Positions 19,452-29,707 of a DNA stretch of 64,000 bases are shown here, in pieces. The notes below the pieces were generated by a model. The model was given only the letters and a program-made list of their open reading frames with translations. It made no database searches and was not told where the DNA came from. The DNA lies in assembly GCA_023151275.1 (NCBI GenBank), contig JAKLJI010000004.1, forward strand, positions 4,946 through 68,945. The letters run 5' to 3'. The position numbers and the translations under genes were made by a program. This stretch comes from Bacteroidia bacterium (lineage in GTDB: Bacteria > Bacteroidota > Bacteroidia > UKL13-3). Each line of letters begins with the position of its first letter. Position 1 is the stretch's first letter.

Positions 19452-20651
19452 ATGGTTGATGAGGCGGCAAGGCTAAAAGAGCTGGAGTTCTACGAAATTC
19501 TGGATTCCGGAGAAGAGGAAGGCTTTAATGAATTGGTTTCATTGGCATCAGCGATTTGTGGCACACCTATTTCGCTGGTTTCATTAATTGATGAACATCG
19601 GCAATGGTTTAAGGCCAGGATTGGTCTTGAAATTACGGAAACACCAAAAGAGTTGGCATTTTGCAAGCATGCCATTGAAGGAGAGGGCCTATTTGTTGTC
19701 CAAAATGCCCTTCAAGACGATAGGTTTAAAAATAATCCTTTAGTAACCGGAGATCCAAATATTCGCTTTTATGCAGGAATGCCTATAACAAGTCCGAACG
19801 GATACAACCTAGGCACTTTATGTGTTATCGACCGTATTCCTAGAGAACTGACAGACCAGCAAAGGTTTGCCTTGCAGGTGTTGGCCAATCAGGTTATGCG
19901 CCAGATTGAGAACAGGAAATACTTGAAAAAAATTGAGGAGCAAAATCTGGAATTAAATCGAATTAATAAACAAAAAGACAAACTTTTTGGCATTGTTGCC
20001 CACGATTTGAGAAGTCCGTTGATAGGGATTACCAGTTTGGTTGAGGCCTATGTTTCCGGAGATTTAACTGAGCAAGAGATTGAGCCTTATTTCAAAAAGT
20101 TGTTTCATAACCTGGAGCATTCGCTTGAAATGATGGACAATTTGTTGAATTGGACACGCACTCAACTTAAAACCGATCGCTTGAAGCCAGAACGAATTGT
20201 TTTTTCGGAATTGTTGTCCGGAATTATTCGTAACCTGGAAAAAGCCTTGGATAGGAAATGCATCCAATTGAAAGTGGATTGCCAGAATTCGACAGCAATT
20301 TTTGCAGATAAGAGCAGCGTGGAAATGATTTTCAGAAATTTGATTCACAATGCCATCAAGTTTTCTAATCGGAATTCAAGTATAGAAATCAACTGTCAAA
20401 CTTCCGATTCAGGTAAGTTTCTGGTGGTGGAGGTAATTGATTTTGGTATTGGAATGGACAAAGCCTTGGTTGATGAACTGTTCACTGAGACCGGACCAAA
20501 ATCTTCCTATGGAACTGAGGGTGAAAAAGGCACAGGATTGGGATTTATTCTCATTCGCGAATACCTCCACAAGAACCATGGGAAAATAGAAGTATTCAGT
20601 GAGCCGGGTAAAGGTACCCGATTTGTGGTTCAACTCCCCATTGTCGACTAG
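19452..20651 (+). CDS. GAF-domain sensor histidine kinase
   Basis: GAF (NPLVTGDPNIRFYAGMP, GTLCVID), H-box AHDLRSP, N-box NLIHNAIKF, G boxes DFGIGM and GTGLG. Confidence 0.93.
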   Translation: MVDEAARLKELEFYEILDSGEEEGFNELVSLASAICGTPISLVSLIDEHRQWFKARIGLEITETPKELAFCKHAIEGEGLFVVQNALQDDRFKNNPLVTGDPNIRFYAGMPITSPNGYNLGTLCVIDRIPRELTDQQRFALQVLANQVMRQIENRKYLKKIEEQNLELNRINKQKDKLFGIVAHDLRSPLIGITSLVEAYVSGDLTEQEIEPYFKKLFHNLEHSLEMMDNLLNWTRTQLKTDRLKPERIVFSELLSGIIRNLEKALDRKCIQLKVDCQNSTAIFADKSSVEMIFRNLIHNAIKFSNRNSSIEINCQTSDSGKFLVVEVIDFGIGMDKALVDELFTETGPKSSYGTEGEKGTGLGFILIREYLHKNHGKIEVFSEPGKGTRFVVQLPIVD

Positions 20652-20733
20652 GTGCTGTAATTCAAATTTTTGGCCCCTTTTCTCGCTCAAACCCACTATT
20701 TTTGCAGACTTTTAAAATCTGTAAAAACTGGTT

Positions 20734-23700
20734 ATGAGTAAGTATAAAGAGTACAAAAAGCTTGATTTCCCTGCCTTTGAGGAAGAAGTATTAAAAAATT
20801 GGCAGGACAATCAGGTTTTTGAGAAGAGTGTTTCGCTGCGTGAAGGCCAACGATCTTTTGTATTTTACGAAGGGCCACCTTCTGCTAATGGAATGCCGGG
20901 CATTCATCACGTTATGAGTAGGGCGGTTAAGGATATGTTCTGCCGCTACAATACCCTAAAAGGATTTCAAGTAAAGCGCAAAGCAGGTTGGGATACCCAT
21001 GGTTTGCCTGTTGAGATTCAGGTAGAGAAAACCCTTGGCATTACTAAAGAAGATATTGGAAAGAAAATTTCGGTTGCGGAATACAACGAAGCTTGCCGTA
21101 AGGATGTAATGAAATTCACGGACGTTTGGAATAACCTGACCCAGCGCATGGGTTATTGGGTGAATCTGAATGATCCTTATGTTACTTACGACAACAATTA
21201 CATTGAAACCCTTTGGAATTTACTTTCTCGTTTGTTTGAGAAAGGATTGCTTTACAAAGGCTATACCATTCAACCTTATTCACCGGCAGCAGGTACCGGA
21301 TTAAGTTCACATGAACTCAATCAACCCGGAACCTATAAGGATGTAAAGGACAGTACAGCTGTTGCCATGTTTTTGTTGAATGATGCTTCTGCATTAAAGC
21401 CCGAAACAGAGCGAGTTTACATGTTGGCTTGGACAACCACACCTTGGACATTGCCTTCCAATACAGCATTGGCAGTTGGAGCAAATATTACCTATTGCTT
21501 AATCAAAACCATTCATCCACATACCCACGAGTTGGTGAGTGTGGTAATGGCCAAAGATTTGGTAGGAAAATACTTCAAACCTGAGCAGGCGGAACTCGAT
21601 TTTGCAGCCTACCAAGCTGGAGATAAATTGTTGCCTTACCACATCAGTGATGAGTTTAAAGGTGAAGAATTAAAAGGATTAAGCTACCAGCAATTGCTTC
21701 CGTTTGCACAAGTTGAAAATGGCGATGCGTTTCGTGTAATAACCGGTGATTTTGTTACAACTGAAGATGGTACTGGTATTGTACATATTGCGCCTAGTTT
21801 TGGTGCCGACGACTTTAGAGTTGCCAAGCAAAACGGAATTGGCTCGCTAACTTTGGTTGATAAACGTGGTCGTTTCTTGGATTGCGTGCAGGATGGCGTT
21901 TTCTTGTATGGTGAAGAATATGTAAAAGAAGCTTACCTTACAGAAGATGAAAAGCAGAAGGATTTAGCTATTCAAAAAGAGAAATTGAGCTCAGTAATCA
22001 AAGACACTTCCAAGCTGAATTACCTGAGTGTGGATGAGCGTATAATTCTTAAGCTGCAAACCGAAGGCAAACTTTTTAAAAAGGAAAAATACGACCATAC
22101 GTATCCGCATTGCTGGAGAACAGATAAACCCATTCTTTACTATCCACTTGAAAGTTGGTTTATCAAAACCACAGCAGTAAAAGAAAGAATGGTTGAATTG
22201 AATAAATCAATCAACTGGAAACCTGAGCACACTGGAACTGGCAGATTTGGCAATTGGCTTGAAAATCTGGTAGATTGGAACCTTTCTCGCTCCAGGTATT
22301 GGGGAACGCCGCTGCCTGTTTGGAGAACAGCAGACGGTTCTGAAACCCGTTGCATTGGAAGTGTAAACGAATTGCAGGAATGCATTGAAGCCGGAAAAAA
22401 AGCAGGGTTTATGCCTGAATCTTTTGAATTGAAAGACCTGCACAAACCTTTTGTGGATGAGGTAATTTTTCCTTCATCAAAAGGCGAAAAAATGTTCAGA
22501 GAGCCTGATTTGATTGACGTTTGGTTTGACTCAGGGGCCATGCCTTATGCGCAATGGCATTATCCGTTTGAGAACAAGGAAATATTTGAGGGAAATTTCC
22601 CGGCAGATTTTATCGCCGAAGGTGTTGACCAAACACGTGGATGGTTCTTTACCCTGCATGCACTATCTGTGATGTTATTTGACCAGATTTCTTACAAGAA
22701 TGTAATTGCTAACGGACTGGTACTCGACAAGAACGGTCAGAAAATGAGTAAGCGCTTGGGGAATGTGGTGGATCCATTTGCAACCATTGCCAAGTATGGC
22801 GCTGATGCTACCCGCTGGTACATGATTTCGAACAGCGATCCTTGGGACAACCTGAAATTTGATATCGAAGGCGTTGCCGAATCGCAGCGTAAGTTCTTTG
22901 GAACCCTTTACAATACTTACGGATTCTTTGCCATATATGCCAATATTGATGGATTTGAATTCAATCCGGATAAAACCACACCGTTGGCGCAGCGCACAGA
23001 ACTCGACCGTTGGATTTATTCCAAACTGCAAAGCTTAGTAAAGACAGTTCGCCAGCACATGGACGATTACGATCCAACACCTGCTGCACGCGCCATTGAG
23101 GAGTTTGTATGTGACCATTTATCGAACTGGCATGTACGTTTAAGTCGTCGTCGTTTCTGGAAAGGTGAAATGAATGAGGACAAACAAGCAGCTTACGAAA
23201 CCCTGTACGAATGTTTGTTGGTGGTTTCCCAGTTGATGAGTCCAATTGCGCCATTTTTCTCCGATTGGTTGTACAAAAACCTGAATGGGAAAATGGAATC
23301 GGTTCATTTAACGGATTTGCCAGAAGTTATTGAAGCTGCCATTGATACCGAATTGGAGGAGCAAATGGATTATGCCCAGCGCATTTCTTCCATGGTTCTT
23401 TCTATCCGGAAAAAGGAAAATATCAAGGTCCGTCAACCCTTGCAAAAAATCCTTATTCCTTTAATTGATCAGCGGATTAAGGATGAAATTGTACATGTTC
23501 AAAACCTAATTCTTGCCGAGGTGAACGTAAAACAACTTGAATTTATTGATGCCATTGATAAATCAATCAAACCTAATTTTAAAGTATTGGGTAAAAAGTT
23601 GGGCGGTAAAATGAAAGCCGGAGCGGCCTTAATTCAAGCCATGACTCAGGATCAAATTGTTGAACTGGAATCCAAGGGACAATTGGAACTTCAGATTGAG

Positions 23701-24078
23701 GATGAAGTTTTTGTTATCGAATTGGGTGATGTTGAAATTTTATCGAAGGAAATTCCGGGATATAAGGTAGCCAATGAGGGCAGATTAACTGTGGCTTTAG
23801 ACATTTCTTTGAGCGAAGAATTGCGTCAGGAGGGCATTGCACGCGAGTTCATTAGTAAGCTTCAGGCCTTGCGGAAAGATTCCAATTTGGAGGTTACAGA
23901 TAAAATCCACATCCTGGTGGGAGAACATGAATATTTAAAAAGTTCTATAAATCAGTTCAAAACATATATTTGCACCGAATTATTGGCAGCCTCTTTGGAG
24001 TTTGCAAGCGGCAAAACCCTTGAAAATACTATTGATGTAGACGATAATTCAATTCAGGTTACTATCCAAAAAGCATAA
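20734..24078 (+). CDS. ileS: Isoleucine--tRNA ligase (type 2 / eukaryote-like IleRS)
   Basis: YEGPPSANGMPGIHH, GWDTHGLP, WTTTPWTL, DGTGIVH, SRSRYWGTP, KMSKRLGN; long C-terminus without Zn finger. Confidence 0.97.
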   Translation: MSKYKEYKKLDFPAFEEEVLKNWQDNQVFEKSVSLREGQRSFVFYEGPPSANGMPGIHHVMSRAVKDMFCRYNTLKGFQVKRKAGWDTHGLPVEIQVEKTLGITKEDIGKKISVAEYNEACRKDVMKFTDVWNNLTQRMGYWVNLNDPYVTYDNNYIETLWNLLSRLFEKGLLYKGYTIQPYSPAAGTGLSSHELNQPGTYKDVKDSTAVAMFLLNDASALKPETERVYMLAWTTTPWTLPSNTALAVGANITYCLIKTIHPHTHELVSVVMAKDLVGKYFKPEQAELDFAAYQAGDKLLPYHISDEFKGEELKGLSYQQLLPFAQVENGDAFRVITGDFVTTEDGTGIVHIAPSFGADDFRVAKQNGIGSLTLVDKRGRFLDCVQDGVFLYGEEYVKEAYLTEDEKQKDLAIQKEKLSSVIKDTSKLNYLSVDERIILKLQTEGKLFKKEKYDHTYPHCWRTDKPILYYPLESWFIKTTAVKERMVELNKSINWKPEHTGTGRFGNWLENLVDWNLSRSRYWGTPLPVWRTADGSETRCIGSVNELQECIEAGKKAGFMPESFELKDLHKPFVDEVIFPSSKGEKMFREPDLIDVWFDSGAMPYAQWHYPFENKEIFEGNFPADFIAEGVDQTRGWFFTLHALSVMLFDQISYKNVIANGLVLDKNGQKMSKRLGNVVDPFATIAKYGADATRWYMISNSDPWDNLKFDIEGVAESQRKFFGTLYNTYGFFAIYANIDGFEFNPDKTTPLAQRTELDRWIYSKLQSLVKTVRQHMDDYDPTPAARAIEEFVCDHLSNWHVRLSRRRFWKGEMNEDKQAAYETLYECLLVVSQLMSPIAPFFSDWLYKNLNGKMESVHLTDLPEVIEAAIDTELEEQMDYAQRISSMVLSIRKKENIKVRQPLQKILIPLIDQRIKDEIVHVQNLILAEVNVKQLEFIDAIDKSIKPNFKVLGKKLGGKMKAGAALIQAMTQDQIVELESKGQLELQIEDEVFVIELGDVEILSKEIPGYKVANEGRLTVALDISLSEELRQEGIAREFISKLQALRKDSNLEVTDKIHILVGEHEYLKSSINQFKTYICTELLAASLEFASGKTLENTIDVDDNSIQVTIQKA

Positions 24079-24084
24079 TTGTTT

Positions 24085-25155
24085 ATGGCTAAAAACACAA
24101 AAAAAGCACCTGCCAAAAAGGCGGTGAAAAAGCCGGCAGCAAAAACACCTGCCAAAAAGCAAAAAGCTGCAATAAAGAAAACAGCTGCTAAAGCGCCTGC
24201 AAAAAAGGCTGTGAAAAAGGCTGCTGTGAAGAAAGCTGCTCCTAAAAAGGCTGCTATCAAAAAGGCAGTTGCTAAGAAAGCTGTGAAGCCTGCAGTGAAG
24301 AAACAAGCAGTTAAGAAGCAGGTAAAAGCAAAACCAGCTTCAAAGCCTGTTGCTAAGAAGGCAACCAAGCCGGCCGCAAAACCTGTTGCTAAAAAAGCAT
24401 CGGCAAAAAAAGCGGCTAAGGCAGTAAAGCCTGTTGCTAAGAAAGTTACAAAGACAGTTCAAAAATCTGCTCCCGTAAAATCAAGCAAGACTGCGGTAAA
24501 ATCGGCCGCAAAGAAGCTTACTAAGCCAACTGCAAAACCTGTTGCTAATAAAGCATCGGCAAAAAAGACTGCTCCTAAACCAGTATTAAAGCCAGTTGCA
24601 GAAAAAGCGGTAAAGGCCACCAAAAAGGTTCCTACAAAAGCGGTTAAGTCAGCTAAGCCATCCAAACCCGCCAAAACGGAAACCAAAGTGGTGAAGCCTT
24701 CAGCTCCGAAAAAGGAATTGCAACCAGTGGTTAGCAAAGAGCCTCATTTTGAAGAAGAAAAGCAAGAAATACTTCCCATTGAAGCAAAGCGCTACAGCGA
24801 TGTAGAATTGGAAGAGTTTCGTGAAATCATCAACAGAAAATTGAAAGTAGCTCGTGAAGAGTTGACCAACCTAATGGATCAAATGCAGAACCCGGGTTTA
24901 AACGGTGGTGCAGATACCGACAATTCCTACAATAAAATTGATGATGGATCATCTACTTCTGAAAAGGAATATTTGAGCCAATTGGCTGCTCGTCAGCGCA
25001 AGTTCATCGAGAATTTGGAAAATGCACTTATCCGTATCGAGAACAAAACCTACGGAATTTGTAAAGTTACCGGGAAGTTGATTTCCAAAGAGCGCCTGAG
25101 GGCGGTTCCACATACCACGTTGAGTATGGAAGCCAAACTTCAGCAATACAAGTAA
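24085..25155 (+). CDS. dksA: TraR/DksA family regulator with long histone-H1-like Lys/Ala/Pro N-terminal tail
   Basis: C-terminal AL.RIENKTYGICKVTGKLISKERLRAVP; about 210 aa of AKK/PAKK repeats; position after ileS. Confidence 0.85.
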   Translation: MAKNTKKAPAKKAVKKPAAKTPAKKQKAAIKKTAAKAPAKKAVKKAAVKKAAPKKAAIKKAVAKKAVKPAVKKQAVKKQVKAKPASKPVAKKATKPAAKPVAKKASAKKAAKAVKPVAKKVTKTVQKSAPVKSSKTAVKSAAKKLTKPTAKPVANKASAKKTAPKPVLKPVAEKAVKATKKVPTKAVKSAKPSKPAKTETKVVKPSAPKKELQPVVSKEPHFEEEKQEILPIEAKRYSDVELEEFREIINRKLKVAREELTNLMDQMQNPGLNGGADTDNSYNKIDDGSSTSEKEYLSQLAARQRKFIENLENALIRIENKTYGICKVTGKLISKERLRAVPHTTLSMEAKLQQYK

Positions 25156-25170
25156 GAATTTACATCTTTG

Positions 25171-25196
25171 AAAGGGGCCTTAGGCCCCTTTTTTTT
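25171..25196 (+). terminator. Intrinsic terminator after dksA
   Basis: AAAGGGGCC-TTA-GGCCCCTTTTTTTT. Confidence 0.85.
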
Positions 25197-25232
25197 GCCT
25201 ATTTCAGTCTGCATTAAATATATTGCCGCTTC

Positions 25233-26078
25233 ATGGCATCAAAATCCCTTGCCGAACGGCTAACTGCGCATCAATATCCTAGCTGGTACTTTTCTCAGCC
25301 TTGGGTGCTTAAGGTGGTTTATGCCTGGTTTGCCTTGATTTACCAGCGAGTTGGGTTGAGTTTCAAAGGAATTCACACAATCCTCCGCAAATTGCCAGCC
25401 GGGGCAACTGTATTGGATGCCGGATTTGGTGAAGGACAATTTTTGTATGGCAATGCCCGTCGAAATCCCCACTTACATTTCGTTGGCTTGGACTTCAATT
25501 CAAATACTCTTGAATTAGGCCGATTTTTGATTCAACACAAGGGCCTAAAGAATGTAAAATTGAGTCAGGCCGATTTGTCCAAACCTTGGCCTGTGTCCTC
25601 AAATTCATTGGATGCTATTTGGTGCATTGGTGTTTTGCACTGTATCCCCAATGATACAGAAGTGTTGAAAAATGCGTCAAATTGCCTCAAACCAAATGCT
25701 CCGCTGCTAATCTACTCCCCACTTCAATCGCGGTTGGTGCTTGGTCCCTACAAATATGTAATCCGGAAATACCCGGGTTACGACCGTTTGTATAGGTCCC
25801 ATGATTATTCAATGGAAGAATTGGTTGAAAAGGCAAAACAAGCTGGACTTCAATTACAGGCTGCCCGCTTTACACATGGCCTGCCCGGGATTATAAGTTA
25901 TGAACTTTTTACCTTATTGGTTACCCTAATTACCCATGGTCATTTCCCGTTAAAGGTGCTTTCAGCCCTATTCTTTTTACCTTGCCTTCCACTTGTGTTA
26001 ATTCTTCGTTGGATTGATCAGCTTTTTCCGCCCCAAAAGCAGGGCAACGGATTATTGATTGAGTTTTTGAAAGCATAA
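25233..26078 (+). CDS. Class I SAM-dependent methyltransferase
   Basis: VLDAGFGEG motif I, GLDF, QADL, LDAIWCIGVLH, LKPNA. Confidence 0.85.
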   Translation: MASKSLAERLTAHQYPSWYFSQPWVLKVVYAWFALIYQRVGLSFKGIHTILRKLPAGATVLDAGFGEGQFLYGNARRNPHLHFVGLDFNSNTLELGRFLIQHKGLKNVKLSQADLSKPWPVSSNSLDAIWCIGVLHCIPNDTEVLKNASNCLKPNAPLLIYSPLQSRLVLGPYKYVIRKYPGYDRLYRSHDYSMEELVEKAKQAGLQLQAARFTHGLPGIISYELFTLLVTLITHGHFPLKVLSALFFLPCLPLVLILRWIDQLFPPQKQGNGLLIEFLKA

Positions 26079-26122
26079 GGGCTACTGTGTTTTTCATGCT
26101 GCTTTCTTTAGATTTGCCCTGA

Positions 26123-26743
26123 ATGAAAAATCTTCGTCTGTTGGCTTTTTTGCTGTTAGCGGTAATTCTGGTTGTTGACCAGATTGTGAAATTGTATGTA
26201 AAAACTCACTTTGTACTTGGTGAGGAGATTCATGTTTTGGGTAACTGGTTTCGAATCCATTTTACTGAAAACTATGGAATGGCTTTTGGGATTGAATTTG
26301 GCGGCAAAACCGGAAAAATATTTTTGACACTATTCCGTATACTGTTTGTTGCCGGTATCCTTTGGTACATTAATAATCTTATTGAAACCAAGGCTGGCAA
26401 GGCTTATGTGTTTTCATGGACCATGATTGCCGCCGGTGCTTTGGGTAATATTATTGATTCTGTTTTCTATGGCGTGTATTTTGGATACGATTCCTGGTTT
26501 CATGGAAGGGTAGTGGATATGTTTTATTTTCCCTTGATTCAAACCCGAATTCCTGAATGGTTCCCGTTTTGGGCTGGTGAGGATTTTGAATTTTTTCGCC
26601 CGGTTTTCAACCTGGCAGATGCCGCAATTTCCATTGGTTTTGTATTGATTTTGTTAACTCAAAATCAAGCCAATCCAGCTCAGCCAGCAACCACTGCCGG
26701 CGAATTGGGTTCCGAAAGTGAAGCTGAAATCAAACCTGAATAG
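26123..26743 (+). CDS. lspA: Lipoprotein signal peptidase II
   Basis: DQIVK, ENYGMAFG, GALGNIID, VVDM, PVFNLAD. Confidence 0.95.
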   Translation: MKNLRLLAFLLLAVILVVDQIVKLYVKTHFVLGEEIHVLGNWFRIHFTENYGMAFGIEFGGKTGKIFLTLFRILFVAGILWYINNLIETKAGKAYVFSWTMIAAGALGNIIDSVFYGVYFGYDSWFHGRVVDMFYFPLIQTRIPEWFPFWAGEDFEFFRPVFNLADAAISIGFVLILLTQNQANPAQPATTAGELGSESEAEIKPE

Positions 26744-26835
26744 GCATTTTGTCAGACGAAAATTCTGGCATAGCTATTGAATTCCATGACCGGCATTCGT
26801 ATTCTGCGAAAGCCTTATATATTTGACTAAATACC

Positions 26836-27525
26836 ATGAGCATGAATTTTGGAAAAGAATTTCGCAACTATGCGATTAAACACAAAGGTTTTTCCAGCCT
26901 GAAAGTGGATGCGTATATCGAAAGTACCGCTGAAAACATGACCCGCACCGTAATTGAGGAGCGCCCCATGAATTTCCGGGAAATTGATGTGTTCTCGCGT
27001 TTGATGGCCGACAGGATTATTTTCCTGGGCATGCCTATTGATGATTATGTTGCCAATATCATTCAGGCGCAATTGCTGTTTTTAGATTCAATGGACGCCC
27101 GCCGTGATATCCAAATGTATATCAATAGTCCGGGTGGTTCTGTTTACGCAGGATTGGGAATTTATGATACCATGCAATGGGTAAACCCTAGCGTGGCAAC
27201 CATTTGTACAGGTTTGGCCGCATCTATGGCCGCCGTTTTGTTGTGTGCCGGAGAAAAAGGCAAGCGTTCTGCTCTTCCACATGCCCGCGTTATGATTCAC
27301 CAACCTTTGGGTGGCGCACAAGGACAGGCTTCTGATATTGAAATTACAGCTCGCGAAATCCAAAAGCTGAAAAAAGAATTGTATGATATCATTGCCTCCC
27401 ATAGTGGACAACCTTTTGAAAAAGTTGAGGCCGATAGCGACCGCGATTATTGGATGATAGCCAGTGAAGCCAAAGAATACGGCATGATTGATGATGTATT
27501 GCTGAAAACAAAAACCGAGAAGTAA
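26836..27525 (+). CDS. clpP: ATP-dependent Clp protease proteolytic subunit
   Basis: [41 protein letters not shown]. Confidence 0.97.
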   Translation: MSMNFGKEFRNYAIKHKGFSSLKVDAYIESTAENMTRTVIEERPMNFREIDVFSRLMADRIIFLGMPIDDYVANIIQAQLLFLDSMDARRDIQMYINSPGGSVYAGLGIYDTMQWVNPSVATICTGLAASMAAVLLCAGEKGKRSALPHARVMIHQPLGGAQGQASDIEITAREIQKLKKELYDIIASHSGQPFEKVEADSDRDYWMIASEAKEYGMIDDVLLKTKTEK

Positions 27526-27625
27526 TTCGGTTTGCAAATTTCAGCACAAACTGAATCACCATCCGGTTAACCCATTTTTTCGGTTATTGGCCGAAGGTGT
27601 ACATCCCTTTTTTCAGCTTTTGTTT

Positions 27626-27655
27626 GAAAGCGCGGTCTGAAAAGGCCGCGCTTTC
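27626..27655 (+). terminator. Hairpin / probable terminator downstream of clpP
   Basis: GAAAGCGCGGTCT-GAAA-AGGCCGCGCTTTC followed by a T-rich tract. Confidence 0.6.
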
Positions 27656-27938
27656 TGCATTTTTGTTGCCGCTTTTTCATCAGCAAGTGCGACATTGATT
27701 TTTACTTTTTTTTCGGTTTTGTGCAGAAAATCAAAAACTGTATTCTTTTTAGTACTTATTGATGTTTTCCACAAGGTTTTGTTGAAACAGCTTGTTTTCT
27801 TCAAGTTGCAAGAATTGCCAGTAATTTGGTTGATTTTTCGGGTTGAGATGAGGTGTAGTCCTTGACTGGCTTGAGCTGACGAATTTTGAAAGCTATTGAA
27901 TGAATTTGCTATGAGAAATTTGCATCAAACCAAGTCGT

Positions 27939-28421
27939 ATGAATTCAAGCCATTACTCAAGTCGAATTTTGTTGCTCCTCTTAGGAGCTAACCTCCTTTT
28001 TTCAGCCTGTAAAAAAGGAGCTGGTATTGATGCTGATTCCAGTTCCACGAAATGCATTCCAACTCTGCTACCCAATCAGTTCCGGAGTATTTTTCTTTCC
28101 GACCCCATACCCAATTCCACCGAGGAGCAGGCGCTTGCGGTTTTCCATTTTTCGCAATCCATGAAAACCTATTCAAATACCCCTTGCAAAGCATTGCCCA
28201 ATGAATGTAGCACCCAACTCAGGGTTCAGAATGTGAGTGGAAAGAAAATGCGTCTTGCCTATTCCATCTCCTATTCGCAAGGGAACAACAATTGGCAGTC
28301 GGATGGTTTTGTTGAACTCCTTCCCGATAGTTCAAGCCAAGTTGGTCAAATTACCAGCAACTGCGGATGGATTACCGCTGAAGGTCTGCGGGTTGTAAAA
28401 AGAAGCCTAAGTCTGGATTAG
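27939..28421 (+). CDS. Hypothetical lipoprotein
   Basis: Hydrophobic leader ending in lipobox LFSAC-KK; several Cys. Confidence 0.7.
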   Translation: MNSSHYSSRILLLLLGANLLFSACKKGAGIDADSSSTKCIPTLLPNQFRSIFLSDPIPNSTEEQALAVFHFSQSMKTYSNTPCKALPNECSTQLRVQNVSGKKMRLAYSISYSQGNNNWQSDGFVELLPDSSSQVGQITSNCGWITAEGLRVVKRSLSLD

Positions 28422-28456
28422 GCAGAATCAAACCCGTAAGGTATCTTTGGCGCGTT

Positions 28457-29707
28457 ATGGCGAAAAGAAAAGAAGATCATTGCTCATTCTGCGGCCGTGG
28501 CAGAGCTGAAACAGCTATGTTAATTGCCGGTATAGATGGATTAATTTGTGACGAGTGTATCATTCAGGCTCACCGTATTGTGAATGAAGAAGCCGAAGTA
28601 ACAAGCTCAACTCCTTCAAAAGGATATAAGTCTTCACGCAAGCTTCTAAAACCAGCCGAAATCAAAGCGCACCTCGACCAATACGTTATTGGGCAGGATG
28701 AAGCTAAAAAAGTATTGAGCGTTGCCGTTTACAACCATTTTAAGCGCATCAATTCAGGCTCAAAAGCGGGTGATGACCTCGAAATTGAAAAGTCGAATAT
28801 CCTTTTAGCGGGTGAAACCGGAACCGGAAAAACCTTGCTGGCTAAAACCCTCGCAAAAATTCTGGATGTGCCTTTCTGCATTGCCGATGCAACTGTGCTT
28901 ACAGAAGCAGGTTACGTTGGCGAGGATGTTGAGAATATATTAGTTCGCCTTCTTCAGGCCGCCAATTACAACCTCGAAGCAGCTGAAAAGGGAATCATCT
29001 ACATTGATGAAATCGACAAAATTGCGCGCAAAAAAGACAATCCTTCCATCACACGTGATGTGAGTGGGGAAGGTGTGCAACAGGCTTTGCTTAAGATTTT
29101 AGAAGGTACGGTTGCCAATGTTCCTCCACAAGGCGGCAGAAAGCATCCCGAACAAAAAATGATTCAGGTAAATACCCAGAATATTCTGTTTATCTGCGGT
29201 GGTGCTTTTGATGGCCTGGATAAAATCATTGCTCGTCGTTTACAAACTCAGGCAATCGGCTTCAAATCGCAAGATTCAGAGGAGCTCGATAGCTCAGAAA
29301 ATCTCCTGCAATACGTTTCTCAAGCCGATATCAAAACCTTCGGTCTAATTCCCGAAATCATTGGTCGTTTGCCTGTGCTTTGTCACTTGAATCCACTCGA
29401 TAAATCAACCTTGCATAATATTCTTACTCAGCCCAAAAATGCTTTAATCAAACAATACAAATACTTGTTTACGCTTGAAGGCATAGAGCTGGATATTAAA
29501 GATGAGGTAATTGATTTGATTGTTGATACGGCTTTTGATTTGAAACTGGGAGCTCGTGGTTTGCGTAGCATTTGCGAAGCCTTAATGCTGGATTACATGT
29601 ACGAAGTGCCCGGAATGGATAAGAAGATGGATAAGCTTGTAATTGATGCCGAAACTGCAGCCGAGAAAATCAAAATAATCCGCTTCAAGCACCAAAAAGC
29701 ATCCTAG
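28457..29707 (+). CDS. clpX: ATP-dependent Clp protease ATP-binding subunit ClpX
   Basis: CSFCG...ICDEC zinc domain, [36 protein letters not shown] loop. Confidence 0.97.
   Translation: MAKRKEDHCSFCGRGRAETAMLIAGIDGLICDECIIQAHRIVNEEAEVTSSTPSKGYKSSRKLLKPAEIKAHLDQYVIGQDEAKKVLSVAVYNHFKRINSGSKAGDDLEIEKSNILLAGETGTGKTLLAKTLAKILDVPFCIADATVLTEAGYVGEDVENILVRLLQAANYNLEAAEKGIIYIDEIDKIARKKDNPSITRDVSGEGVQQALLKILEGTVANVPPQGGRKHPEQKMIQVNTQNILFICGGAFDGLDKIIARRLQTQAIGFKSQDSEELDSSENLLQYVSQADIKTFGLIPEIIGRLPVLCHLNPLDKSTLHNILTQPKNALIKQYKYLFTLEGIELDIKDEVIDLIVDTAFDLKLGARGLRSICEALMLDYMYEVPGMDKKMDKLVIDAETAAEKIKIIRFKHQKAS

Noticed and set aside
24049..24737. Antisense ORFs (AFFTAAFF...) opposite dksA
   Set aside because: Mirror of the Lys/Ala low-complexity codons.
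27526..27938. Possible sRNA or ORF (27613-27804) in the clpP-lipoprotein spacer
   Set aside because: Only one clear hairpin (terminator-like); the rest is T-rich with no recognisable motif or coding signal.
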